A program made the position numbers and the translations under genes. This document shows positions 1 through 12,396 of a stretch of 64,000 bases of DNA, in pieces (the first letter of the stretch is position 1; every line of letters begins with the position of its first letter). A model generated the notes under the pieces. The model was not told the origin of the DNA. It ran no database searches and saw only the letters and a list, made by a program, of their open reading frames with translations. This stretch comes from Oikopleura dioica (Eukaryota > Animalia > Chordata): assembly GCA_907165135.1 (NCBI GenBank), contig OU015569.1, positions 8,060,001 through 8,124,000 on the forward strand, read 5' to 3'.

Positions 1-751
1 TTTTGGTTTTCGGTGGTTCGGAATCTAGGAAGATGGTAACAGGGATTATTTCTAGGGAATTTGACCTTGAATCTTTTCACAGTTCCAAATTTCTTTTCAT
101 TGCGAGCGAAATCTAAGCCATAATTGCCAGTAGAAGTATCGATTTCGCCATCGGCTTTCTTCAAACTTCGTTTATTTGCCGCTTCAGCTGCTTGAGCTGC
201 AATATACGAAATCGAAGGAACGTCCTATATTTTAACAAAATAAATTTGAAGACAACTGTCTACCTTAGATTTTGGAACACCCATAACTTCCGACTCTCTA
301 ACTTCTGGGGCCGGCTTGAAAGCCGAAAGAGCTGGGGGCGCTGGTGGAGCTACAGGTGGGCGTTCTTCATCTGATGATGGTTCCGGCTTTTTCAAGTTAA
401 AAATCCAAATCAAGATTTAATAATTTCAATTAAAATTTATAATTTAGATGTTAATATTTAACTTGGCTCAGGCAGAGGCTCAGGATCGGAATCAAAGTCT
501 ACTGGAGTGATTACACGAGTTTGAGAAGTTTGAGCTCTTGATTCAACAATCAGAGGCGGTGTTGGTGACTTTATTGGCGGTGGAGGTGGCGTTTTCTCAA
601 CGGGTGCGGGCGTTGGCGACTTAGGACTAGGCGTCGGCTCTTTTGGTGGGGGAGGGGTGGGCGACTTCGATACTAGCACTGTCCTCCTGACTTCTCGGGA
701 TGGTTTGCGAGGCGGCTCTTCGTCCGAAGACTCAGAAGAGGATTCGTCCAT
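1..751 (-). CDS. Pro/Ser-rich protein, multi-exon, probably running off the left edge; either a separate downstream gene or an alternative 3' part of the PDZ gene
   Basis: Exons ~458-751 (MDESSSESSDEEPPRKPSREV...PTPPPPKEPTPSP), ~225-395 (PEPSSDEERPPVAPPAPP) and ~50-190 (EAANKRSLKKADGEIDTSTG...) with short AT-rich introns. ATG at 751 follows a TTGTAG acceptor. Confidence 0.55.
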
Positions 752-914
752 TTTAGTGACTACAAATCGTATGATTGCTGTTTAAATTTACAATTTTTAA
801 ACTTGCCTTGATTTGTTGGAGTAACAGGGGCAATTTTGCGTCCACCTGCGAAATCGAAGGAATCTTTTCAGGGTTCTGAAAATTCAATTTCCCGACTCAA
901 AACTTTTCATTATT

Positions 915-1374
915 GGCCGGAAAAAATATAAATTTTCGGCCTTCGAACAGCCATAACTCACGTGATACTCTTTGAAACCAGATGATCCAGGTATCAATGG
1001 AAAGCTCAGATTCTGAGGATTGGGGGAAAGCAAAAATTTTTCCGAAAAATCGGTTTTTGCTGATTGGCCAAAAATTAAAATATTAATTTTCGTCATTCAG
1101 AATCGATTTTTTTCAAATTTCTTTTCTTTGCCCCAATCCTCAGAAGCTGAGCTTTCTAAAAATATATCAATCACGTGATTTCATCATCTGTCACGTGAGA
1201 TATGGCAGTTCGTATAAAATTCATGAAAATGGCCTCAGAATCGCCCCAGGCTATGAAAACAAGTTTTTTCCAGGTGTTTTCTAGAGTTTAGACGATGACA
1301 AAAACGGTCAAGATAATGATTTATCCCCAAGTTGAAATTTTTGTCAAAATTGAAAATTTATATTTTTTCCGACC
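915..1374. mobile_element. MITE-like element with 23-bp TIRs, nested internal inverted repeats and a 6-bp ATTATT target-site duplication
   Basis: GGCCGGAAAAAATATAAATTTTC (915-937) pairs with GAAAATTTATATTTTTTCCGACC (1352-1374), 1 mismatch. ATTATT lies at 909-914 and 1375-1380. Internal pairs: ~950-965 with ~1191-1206, and ~1001-1030 with ~1126-1155. Confidence 0.8.
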
Positions 1375-1504
1375 ATTATTTTCCCAGGCTGAATATCCGA
1401 CTGGCGCTATTCAAGAGATGTGTTCTCATGATGCGCGGGCCAATGAGGAAGTCGATCCATGCTAAATCGAGACTGGGAAAAATGAAAATTAATTTTTCGC
1501 GACC

Positions 1505-4500
1505 CTAATCGATGGAAGAAGCTTCGGTTTCTGATTCAGAGCTATCAAACTCCGCCAAAGGAATTTGAACTGCATCAGATGGGTCGATCATTCGTTGCTG
1601 TGAATTAAATTACAGTTATTTTAGAAATAAGAAATAAACAATAAGTTAATTACCCGATCGAAATGCCAATCCATGGATTCTAAATCAGCCAGCAGCAGAA
1701 CCATTCTCTTGCCAGCGTTTTGAATTAAAAGCTTCAAATCATCATGGTTTTTGCCTGCGACGGGAATTTCATTGATTTCCAGCAAGTAATCGCCGACTAG
1801 ATATAAAATAACGAAGAATTCGACCTTTCGTGCTTACTCCTTGCAGAAGTTTTTGCGGCAGGTCCCGACGAAGCAATTGAAATAAGTCGATGCGAGCTGG
1901 CTCCGAATTTATCGTCTTCCGTACCAATCTCGATACCAAACGTTTGATTTTTCTTCTTCAACAAAACCAAACGAGGAAGAGGTTGGGGCGTGTTTGGCAA
2001 TGGAACGCTGAAGACAAGATTAAGAGTTTCGACGAAAACAATGGAACTTGCATTTTTGTTGAGGCGGCTCTGCTTACTGTGGCGCCAGATGTTTTAATTG
2101 CTTCGGGCTCATCAATTCCGCGAGCGAGTTGCGCAGTGATCTTAAAGTCTATCTGCGTCTTGAACTCGAAGACCTTACTTACCTTTATTCCGCGCTCTTC
2201 TAACGTTATCAAAGTGGCTTCATCAACAACCAGAAGCTCTACATTTGTATCTTCATTCAAAAGCTTATCTACTTCTTCGCGGCTATAGCCAGAGACTTCC
2301 TGAAAAAAAGAAGTAGTATTTATATTTTGTGATAAATTACTTCGCTGTTGATTTCAAGTATTCGATCATTTGTGAGGAGTCCAGCAATATCTGCAGCTGT
2401 TTCTTCATAAATAGTGCTAAAAATCAAATATTCAGAGAAAGGGCAACTACCAAAATTTGTGAACAAGAATCTCAGAAACGATAAGTAAGTACCTAACAAA
2501 ATGATGATTTTGTTTGTCAGAGCTATATTCGAATCCGATGAGTTCTGACGAGTTCGTTCGGTTGAGTGTGACTATTCGTGGTTGTTGAGCGAGTACTACG
2601 TTCTTTCTGTGCTCTCGCTCACTTTCCCTTGTTTTGGTTCTTTTTACAGTTTCCTTTGGCTGACTTTCTATTTTCTCCGTCTCGGGTATCGCCGTCTGTC
2701 GAGCTGCAATTTCTTCGATCACTTCTTCGGTCTAAAAGGATAAGTGTAAAGTTTTTGATTGAATAGAAGTACCGTTAATTCTTTGTCTTCTTGAGAATAT
2801 GAAGGAGGTGGAATTGAGACTGTTGGTTCTGTTTTGAGCTCGAACTTGTTCAGTTCGCGAATCAAATCAGTATCTGCTGGATTAATCAGAAGCCTCTTGT
2901 AGGCCTGATTTAGTTTTCTGTTGATGAGCGTCAGCTTGACTGGATTCATACTAGATTTTATAACACTAATAACTTCTTCGTGTCCTAGTGTTTCCGTGTT
3001 GGTTCCGTTTGCGATAATGATGACATCTTCTTCTTCCATTCCTGCCTTGTGCGCAAGCCCATCTTTATTGAGTTACTGAGACTAAATTAGAGTGAACCAA
3101 GTTAACCTTAAATGGAACTTTATTTGTTCGAATAAAATATTCACAAGGGCTTTAGCCCGTTCTCTGCTTTTTAATAATTCTTGATGACGCGAAAAAAGAA
3201 GCTCAAAGTCAACGCTTTGTAAAGAATTGAGTACTTTTAAAAGTAACTATTTCCTTTGGTCACTGAAGTGATAAAATGTTCGCCAAAGTTATTTTCTTTG
3301 TCAGTAGCAGCGGATTTAAAAGCAAATCCCATTTTTTCCTCTCCAGCAAAAATCTCGACTTCGCGTGGGATTCCACTTTCACCATAGCGCAGTGCCCATT
3401 TCTCGGCCAAAAACTCATCAGGCCTCGATCCCGCATTAAGAAACCATTTTGCTTCAGTTTTACTCGTAACGAGCAGCACTACGTGGTGTGGATATTTTTG
3501 CATGCGTTCTTTCACGCTATCCGCTTTACTGACAGGCTCCCCGTTGATTTCCCAGATACAGTCATCAACAAGTAGCCCAGCTAGTGCGCCTGGTTGGCTT
3601 TTAGCAACAAGCGATATGCAATGCAAACCGATTTCCGGATCTGTTTTCATCGAGATTCCGTAAGAGCCAGTTGATGATTTCACTAATCGCAAAAGTCGTG
3701 CTTTCGGCAAATCGTTTGCTCGCGGTAAAACTCTCGGCGCTGCAACCGGCAGAGATTCTTCTGCCTGGAGCGTTTCAGCTTCGACAGAGACTGGGGCCGT
3801 CCTGGTCACATTTGCATCTTCTTCTCCGTCAATGGTAATGTGCTCGTTCTGAATTTCATCGAGAGAATATCGACCCTCCGAGATGCGTTTTCCTCTTTTG
3901 CTCGGTGGTTCAGACAACTCCTCGCTGGATGATGATTCTCGTCGTTCAAAATCGGGAATCGCCACAATAAAGGAAATCTGCTCGTTGCTCATAAAGTTTT
4001 GCGCTATCGACGTAAATTCTCTCCTGTTATAAGATGACAGATCAAATCCATTTAATCTAACAATAATGTGGCCTGGAGAAAATCCAGCGCTATCAGCCAC
4101 ACTTCCTCCATCAACACTGACAACAATGTGTTTCCATCGGGGATTTCCCTCTGTGGCCTCCATTTCTGTCTCAATATTCAAACCAAGTCCTTTTCCTTTC
4201 TTCTTTTCAACTAATAGAAACTTGTACCCTTTCTCGACAAGTTTTTCGTCGCGTTCTTTGTAATCTGGATCTGCTTCAGAATGAACAACACGCAAGGCTA
4301 ACGCTTTAGCCGTCTTTTTGATAAGCTGGGCTACCTCGTTATGTTCCATTTGACCGATCCATTGCTTGTTGACGCGGAGGACTCTCATGTTTTCACTCAG
4401 CCCCGCCAGTTCTGCTTGCGATTCCTCTTGCACGTAAGATATTCGGTGATCATATTCGACGCCAGTCTCTCTTGATTCCGACTTGTTCGATATCAGTTTA

Positions 4501-4660
4501 AAGTTGAAATTTCCTTCTGGACTTCGTTCGAATTTAATGTCGTTGAAAAGGCCTCGCCAAAATTCTTCATTTTTCTCTTTCTTCATGCTCCTGATGAGTG
4601 AGTGCAATTTTCGCACATCGCTTTCGCTCCCTGCCGATTTAGTTTGTTCATCTTATTTAG
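1505..4660 (-). CDS. Multi-PDZ scaffold protein, PDZK1/NHERF-like, six PDZ domains
   Basis: Large exon 3237-4616 holds three PDZ domains and the start of a fourth (NFNFKL..HRISYVQEESQAELAGL; GKGLGLNI; SYGISMK..GALAGLLVDDCIWEING; KMGFAFK). Further exons at 2719-3100, 2300-2720 and 1650-2000 complete PDZ4-6 (IGFEYS..ADIAGLLTNDRILEIN; QTFGIEIG..VGDYLLEINEIPV). Probable C-terminus EFDSSESETEASSID*. Start codon uncertain. Confidence 0.8.
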
Positions 4661-4822
4661 TTTTTCCGCCGAAAATATCACACTCGCATTACTACGGTGC
4701 AAATGTTTGGCGTCACTTTATAGCAAATGAATTCCTATCTATATAAAGGATAAGGGGCTAAGGGGTAATTTAAGTTTGAAGGAAGCATTAATCCGGAATG
4801 AGTGGCCAAGTGACTTGTGCCG

Positions 4823-5840
4823 TTAGCGATTTGGAAACAATTTGAGCGAGGCTAATTGTTGTGCGATCGGCTTAGGGCTTGTTGGTGTCCGCTCCAGTCG
4901 ACGGAAAAGTAATTCGATTCTGCGCAGAAGAGAAGGGTTATTATCTTGGCCAGACTTAAAAGCGGACTTATTGCTTCAACACTTGCCTTTTACAGTTGAT
5001 CACTGACGAGAGTTTACCGATGACGAAGACCCTGTAGCTTCTCAAGTGCTGATTTTGGCCAGTGTAAGTCCGACATGTTTCTTGCTTGCTTTGTTTTGTT
5101 ATTGCTTGAACTTCTCCAACCTTTCTATGATGTTTTTCTAGCCGGGGTTAGTGAGTCACTTCATTTAGCTTCTTCTGATACTCGAATGTAGAATTGATGA
5201 AACGAGCGGCCAATGAGTTAAAGTGAGCTCTTCAATAAGGAATAACTGTTTGGAAATTGAGAAGCACTTTGTGAATAGTTGATAGTTTTGTTCTAAACTA
5301 ACGACGCATATTTCTCAACGCACAGAAAGTTACCAGTAAAAGATCTATATTTCCTGTGAGCATTTTTTAGAGATTGACGTTTTATATCACTGAGAGCCAA
5401 AGTAAGCAACATATTATAAATATGCAAATTTTGTGTACAATATTTACTCGATTTTCGAAGCACTTGTCTGCACTTAATCAATAAAAGCATTATATAAAAC
5501 ATATTCTATGAATATAATGTTCCTTGAGAATCTATACGGGCGCTCATAGACTATGATAAAAGTGAACTTGGACTAAATATATGTCTCTTTTAATCGGAAC
5601 AATTATTTGGTTATTAAACTTAAAGCAACTCATTTTACATTCATCTTCCGTGTTTTTTCTGCTCAAGGCTTGAGCCTCAAGCACCGGAGCCGAGACGGGA
5701 CCAATTGCAGAGGCATTTGATCAAATCGCATAGAGAACGACGAGAAACTCTAACATCGTATTTCTTATACTTTTTAATTCTTCAATTTGCTTCTTCACAA
5801 GTTGCCACGAGGAGACGATGCTCCGAACTAAATCTCGGTT
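4823..5840 (-). CDS. Orphan helical protein, possibly syntaxin N-terminal (Habc)-like, with no SNARE motif or TM segment seen
   Basis: Manually spliced exons: VRSIVSSWQLVKKQIEELK; VQTSASKIDDIKRQSLKNAHRKYRSFT; AHFNSLAARFINSTFEYQKKLNE (compare syntaxin HSTLSRKFVEVMSEY); ending ...LKLFPNR*. 5' end unclear. Confidence 0.4.
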
Positions 5841-5842
5841 TA

Positions 5843-6059
5843 CCCCTGCGCTGACATTGACGTATATCTAGGTCGATTCGGGCTTCTTGAAAATTGAAAT
5901 TTTATGAAATTTGAACGTTGGGATTTTATCCTGTCGTCGTGATAACCGAAGCTGTATTCTTTCGATACATGTGGTTTTTATAATTTTAGTATCACCAGAA
6001 TTACCTCAAAAGACCCTCAAAACGGCCGAGCTACACATAGGTCGATATCTGCGCAGGGG
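5843..6059. mobile_element. Small degenerate piggyBac-like MITE
   Basis: CCCCTGCGC...GCGCAGGGG termini with ~33-bp inverted repeats (26/33 identical). Flanks are TTTA (5839-5842) and TTAA (6060-6063). Confidence 0.5.
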
Positions 6060-6616
6060 TTAATATACATTTGCGATAAATTTTCAACTTTATCAAATTC
6101 TCAATAGTTGCATACTTATGACATGCTTGTTGTCGTATTATCCCAGCTGATTTATCGGGTAACTGAGAAAGAAATCCAGCTACTACAAAGGGATAATGCT
6201 TCACTGTATATGGAAGTCAGAATATAAATTAATAAATCTCTCCCTTCTTAGCTCAAAAAAACCAAATAAAAAAAGAGAGAATTTTGTTGCCTGGGAAGAA
6301 AATGATTAAAAAATATTTTTACTGAATTGAATGATCATTAAGAATTATATCAATTCTTAATATCATTCGAAAGGTCGAATTTCTAACTGGAGGAAATAAG
6401 AGGTTTATCATCAGTTCAATTGAATAATATTGTTTAGCGCTCGATAATGCATGCGTTTGTATGAATAAAAAGGATTGCTTGTTATCGAAAAGGGTAGCTT
6501 ACTTTGGAGGGACGATTTATAATTCATCTAAGAGTCAAAACAACAACCAATATAAACGTGCTATGTTCCCCTTTCCTCCTTTCTTTAATTCTAGTTGAAA
6601 AAAATTTTCAGCTGCG

Positions 6617-8784
6617 ATGGCACTTGACAGGCTGCTTCACAAGGTTAGAGTATTTTTTTTTTATTCGTCATTATTTTCTGTGATGCTAGAATCTCGGGCA
6701 GACCGAAAGAGAAATTGAAGAGAACAAATGGCTCCTGAGCGATCAAGAGCGCGCTGCAATCAACGACGATTCATCATATCAATGGTACAGTCGCATATTT
6801 AACTTCAATTGAACTAAGCTTTTGTAGGCCTCATCATAAGGAAAATGTTCATCTTAGGTAAATTGCCTGAGTAAAATAAAAATAACTGGGGGCTATTCAA
6901 TGAATGATACTAACAACCGTCCCAATCAATCAGCTCATGTTAAATTAGTTTTCAGCGAAGTAAAATTATTGACGCACCACCTCAACGAAGTCCCCGATTA
7001 CGATGGCGATGAAGATTCTGACGCGGGGGAAGGAGATTTTCTTAATAATCATTTCGACCACGAGGAGATCATTAGAAAAAACTCGGTAATTTTTCATTGA
7101 GCAAAATGATGTGCGAAGATAGGTTTCGCTTCGATTGACGCCATTGTAGGAAGATGATATGAAAAAGAATGAGGCAAAACGCAAACTCATTACGGCCTCC
7201 ATCATTTGCACGTTTTTCCTGACGGCTGAAGTGATTGGTGGGATCATGTCTCACTCGATCGGTTTGATTTAGTTCTCGGACACGTTTTCGGAGTATGCTT
7301 TAGCCATTTTGTCTGATGCAAGTCATATCTTTGCTGACTTGTCTTCATTCCTTCTGAGTCTCGTCGCAATCCATTTCAGCTCAAAGGTACAAGAAAAGAC
7401 AAGACAGTTGTAACAACCACTATCTTAAGAAGCCGACGCGAAGCTACAATTTCGGCTACTCCCGCCTCGAGGTCATCATCGCCGTCGTTAATATCTTATT
7501 CATCTGGATATTGACAGGCGCTCTTGTTAAAGAGGCAATCGACAGGTTTATTATACTGTTCTCGCTAGAAAAAGTAAACATGATTAGGGTGCGGGAGCCT
7601 GATGAGTTTGAGCTAAACGGAAAGATCATGCTACTTGTTTCCAGCCTAGCAGTGCTTTTCAATTTGACGTAAGCCTTTGGATCAAATCAAATTTAAGACG
7701 ATAACTAAAACGCCTTAGTCTTGGGGTAATGCTACACGGTGAGCATGGACACAGTCATGGAGGTCACACTCACAGTCACGCAAGTTCACATGCAACTCAC
7801 ACAGGTTACAACGACAAAGGCAATCACACCAAGCACCAACAAAGTTATCACAACGATCTGGAACAGAGCGGTCAACAAGAGGACTTGGGCTGCGCTTCTC
7901 CAGGCTCCAAGCGGTCCGCATTTTCGCTCAGCTCTATAGGTTTGAACATATTTGTAATTATCGGGCGAGAGGGTCCGAGTAATTTCGATTTCGACAGGGC
8001 GGTTTAATTGCATTTAGCCGAAAGTGCCAACAACGCTGACATCAACGTTCGGGCAGCAATGATACATGTTATTGGAGATCTGCTGCAGGTTGCCCAAAAA
8101 GCTTTTCCAATTTGACATTTTTCAAGTCTATCGGTGTGTTCATTGCTTCTGTGTTGATTTATGTGAACCCTGAATGGAAGATCGCCGATCCCATTTGCAC
8201 TTTTTTCTTCAGGTAACCATTTTATATGTATTGGCTATTAATACTCGACACCTTTTGATATTAATCATTACTTATAAGCTTACTGGTACTTTGTACGACA
8301 CTTCCACTTCTGCGAGACACAGTGCGTATTTTAATGATGGCAGCGCCCAGAAACATCGACCACGAAAAAGTATCCAATGCATTGCTAGAAGTAAAAGTAA
8401 GTTATCTAGATCTAGAGAACCAAATTGAAAATGATAACTTTTCAAGGGAGTACTGATGGTACACGACTTGAAGATATGGACCCTAAGCAACTCGAAAGTA
8501 TTCGCTTCCTGTCATTTAGCGACAGGTTTTTAGAAGTTTTATCAATATTAAAGATTATGATCTATTTTAGAAAGTAACGTTAGCCACTCAAAGCTGCTAA
8601 ATAAGTGCACAAAGATATTGAAAAGGAGGTTTGATATAAGCGAGACTACAGGAACAGAGCGGCACTTATTATTCAGAGATTAGATTTTATAATTAGAATA
8701 AATAATAAAGCTCTGAATGAAGTTCAAATCGAGGCATTTACGAAGCAAATGCTCACATGTAAAATCTGCAAAATATTTGACTAA
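6617..8784 (+). CDS. SLC30A2: Cation diffusion facilitator zinc transporter (SLC30/ZnT2-3-4-8 subfamily)
   Basis: Spliced motifs: KRKLITASIICTFFLTAEVIGGIMSHSIAILSDASHIFADLSSF; YNFGYSRLEVI; His-rich loop HGEHGHSHGGHTHSH; NINVRAAMIHVIGDLLQSIGV; WKIADPICTFFF; VHDLKIWTL; ETTVQIE. ATG lies 6 nt after a TTTTCAG acceptor. The exact paralogue assignment is uncertain. Confidence 0.92.
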
Positions 8785-9277
8785 ATAAAGATTATCTGAA
8801 TAAGTTTTCCTTTCCTAAACCACATGTTATCTGATGAGTTTTAATCGAGATTTATATGAGATCAGAATATCGACGCATCTACTATGAAATTAATTTTGGG
8901 CGTATTCAATACTCCGTTTTGGAAATGCGCTTAAATTTTAATGATAGTTGCTAAATCGTTTTTTTTTCCTGAAAAATTTCGCGATGTCTTTTTTTATTTT
9001 AGATTTTAGTTGTGAAAAATGAAGAGCGATTAACGAAAGAACTCTATTGCATGATTCTGATTTTTTTACATTTTGAAAGAAAGTTTCGAAAACATCATCT
9101 GCAGGGAAATTTATTCAAAGGCATTAAATATTACCTGACAGTCTTGCAAGATGCTTTTGTATCATCCCCAATTTAACCGTCTATTATAATAAAAACATTA
9201 AAAAGTGTTGAAGGAGGCGCTCGTGAGTGTGCGCATAAAAGAACATCTGTAAGGCAATCGTCCTCCAAAAGGTTTAA

Positions 9278-10454
9278 ATGCAAATTCTTCTCTTTTTACC
9301 GTTGGTAAGACTCGTCACAGAGAAAATTCCTTCGATTTTTCTTTTATTTAACATTTGAATAGCTAGAAACGCTGGTCCATGGATACGGCAATAACCCCAG
9401 CTTAGACAAAGTCTGTACTACAAAAAGATGCTATCAGTGTAGAGGAGTTGTCCAAAATATTCCTTCGGGTAGTTCGCTCAACGCGGAAATTCTTACCAAG
9501 GAAATTATTTAGGGAAAACTGAAAAAACGAATGGACTTTTTCAATTTTGCAGGACGTTGCTTTCAATCAACGAATGTTGTCCAGGGACGGGGTTCATTGA
9601 ATCACGATAAATAAGTTTAAAGTTTTGTTATTCGTCGATACCATTAATAATTATCAGTATTGAACTTCTGAAAGGTCGGCAGATGCTCTTTGGATTGAAA
9701 GCGTTGTCCGAGGATGTATGCGAGCTCGTGGAAAGAACTGATCGTGTAAGTCAATGAAGAGCATGTGTTTTTTAAAGAAAACAGCGAATAAAGGTCTATA
9801 TAAGCCTACTCAAGGCAAGATATTAGCGTCGCCTACTTCGAGAATAACTTGTACATTCATGTTGAATTTGAGAACTATGAACAGTGACGGCGACAAAATC
9901 AGGTTCGAATGAGCTGCTATTTTCAATTCATTAACGATCTGCATTATGTAGCACACGTTAGATATCGTAGGATCAGATGATGATCCAGGTCGCCCTTCAA
10001 CCAAGGAATTAATTTGAGTAAAGCTGACTTTAGGACTGCAACTCCTACGATGAGCTAAAGGATGACGAATACTTGTGCGAAGCATTCAAAACCCGTACTG
10101 AGACCGACGCCACTCTTTGCACTTCGAAATTTGGCCACGTCGATAATGGTTGAGTTAATAAAGAGCTTTATCGCAGTGATGTTTGGTTTAGGAATGAACT
10201 TCATTCTTCTTGTGGGAATAGTTTGCCTCGTTGTTTCAGTCGCAACTTGTGTGGTGCTCGCTTTCTGTTATTTCAAGCACATGTACATGTGAGTCTTGCA
10301 CTCAACCTAGCTGGAGTGATTTCCTCAACGAAATAACATTACCTTCAATCTATGATTAAGAATTTACGACTGCAGAAAAGCCGCGAATTCAAGCTCTAAA
10401 TCGCCCTTACTAAAAGGAACACCAATCAATTCGCCAGGACATGAAAATAGGTAA
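9278..10454 (+). CDS. Small type-I membrane protein with Cys-rich (Ly6/three-finger-like) ectodomain and short cytoplasmic tail
   Basis: Signal peptide MQILLFLPLLETLVHG (exons at 9278 and 9364). Ectodomain VCTTKRCYQCRG, GRCFQS, DVCEL, DCNSY..YLCEAF..TLCTS. TM segment MNFILLVGIVCLVVSVATCVVLAFCYF. Tail KHMYIKAANSSSKSPLLKGTP. Confidence 0.65.
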
Positions 10455-10949
10455 TATTTTTAATCGCTTTAACTTTTATTATGGGCCTTATCATAAGCCG
10501 TAAAAACTGGAACAATATAGTATAGTTATATAAAAAATTAACGTTACATTTAAAATCTCGGTGGTATCTTAAAAGATGTCTATTGAGAGACCTGTTATTG
10601 GAAATATAGATCTGAAAAAATAATGCTTCAGAAGCTACGATGCGACAAACAATGTCTACGCTAACAATCCAGAATTAATGAAGAAGTAGCCGCAAAACGA
10701 CATTCGCGCTCCGCAAGACTATGTAGACATAAAATCATCTGAACTCCTAAAAGCTATATTTCTTTTTTTATTTTTTTTCCACGCCACTCTTCTTTGCTGA
10801 TTTAATAAAAAATTTAACAAATGAATTATTTGCTCTTCTGGACATAATTTCTTTGCTTTCATTCTTTCAAGGAATCGAATATTGAACAATTTATTTCGGG
10901 TCACTTTTTTCATAAGTAAGGAATTCTTTTCGAAGTCGCATCAGGCTTG

Positions 10950-12396
10950 CTTTACTTTCCACTCACACTTTCCACTTTGCGAGGTTCAACCCCATTCTTT
11001 CATTAAACCGTGGCTTATTCTTTTAAGATTATGGCGGTAGATGTTTGGGGTTGTGAATTTCATAGTTAATGATAAGTGTTTCCTCTAGATTATGTTATCA
11101 GTCAGGTTGATAAACACCCTCAACCGGCGCTAGAATAGCGTCTTTCTTATCACAATAGGAGATATGTCATTTACGGAATTCGCCGTCTTGAGTTCCTATC
11201 GCGAAATTTCGAATAAACGATTCAGTTGATAATAAATAGGGCTAGAACCTCTCCTTTTTCTGGAATCTCTACAGCTGCAGCGGGCGCGTGCTCGCCTTGT
11301 CTCAAAGGGCTGACAAACATAGGACGGCATTCCGAAGCTGTCGTCTTCTTTGCACGTCTTCCATTCGGCCGAAGTTGCGAGCTTGAGAGCGCGCCAGGCG
11401 CAAGGTTCCACGCAGTTCGGGCTGCGAGTGCCCTCCCACTGTCCATCCACGCAAGTCAGCTGGCCCTTGCTCTTGAGTATCTTCCCCTCTTCGAGACACT
11501 TCCAATTGCAAACCGTGTTGTGATCCACAAATCCGTCAGCGGCAAGATCGTAGTTTTTGCATTCAAGAGTGCCTCTTTTCTCAATGTTAGTTTTTTTAAT
11601 TTCTGACGGTTCAAACTTTTTTTGGAGATTCTCTGTATTGCATCCGCTATTTGCTGATGTCAGCTGCGTACCAATTTGGGCGTTTTCTTCAAAATAGTCG
11701 CCAGCGTCGATTCCCAAGCTATCGTGAAAGAACGCTTTTAGTTCCTCGAAATCGAACTGAAAATATCAAGTCATGTTTCTTGAGAGCGCGGTAGAAGTAA
11801 ATGGAGCTCTAGAAAGTGAAGAGCGAACGAGGAATTGTTGACGTTCATTTCCCGAAAAGGACTTTTCAAGAGGTCTGAGCAGGTAAAGAAACTTCCGCTT
11901 CGTTTAACCTTTTTGGGGGCGAGGACAAGAACATTGAAAACCGAGTTATTCTAAACCCGCGGTTGGTGCGACGTGGTTTAGTTTCGCGCAGCCCGCCGCA
12001 TTCGTAAACGGTGCATAAGAGATTTCGAATAAGAGTACGCAAAAGTCCGAGAAAGAGCGTGAAATTTCATCATCCCAAGATTTATTCCTTCAAATGAATA
12101 TTACAGGTCCTCCTTTCAACTATTTCAAAGTAAACGAAGCGATGCTACAATAAATAAATTATTTCGAGAAATCTTATCAATCTTATTCAGATATTTAGCC
12201 TCCTATTTAGTTTATTTTACCAATTAGCAATCGCCTAACACAGAGAATCTTCGCTAAAAGCATTTAGAATAAAATAAATGCCGAATAATAGAGCGAAAAC
12301 TCTTCAGGATTAAAGGATAACTGTAGCTACTTTCGATCGAGTCACCTGCATCGCGTCTGATGTAGAAAGAAGCGCTAGAACCGAGGTAAGCCTCAT
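10950..12396 (-). CDS. Secreted cysteine-rich protein with a sushi/CCP-like segment
   Basis: Exon 1 MRLTSVLALLSTSDAMQ|gtgact (signal peptide, ATG 12396). Main exon 11260-11760: CKNYDL..VCNWKCLEEGKILKSKGQLTCVDGQWEGTRSPNC. The last exon is approximate. Confidence 0.6.

Noticed and set aside
7729-8007. His-rich ORF resembling a metal-binding peptide
   Set aside because: It is the cytosolic His-rich loop exon of the ZnT transporter, not a separate gene.
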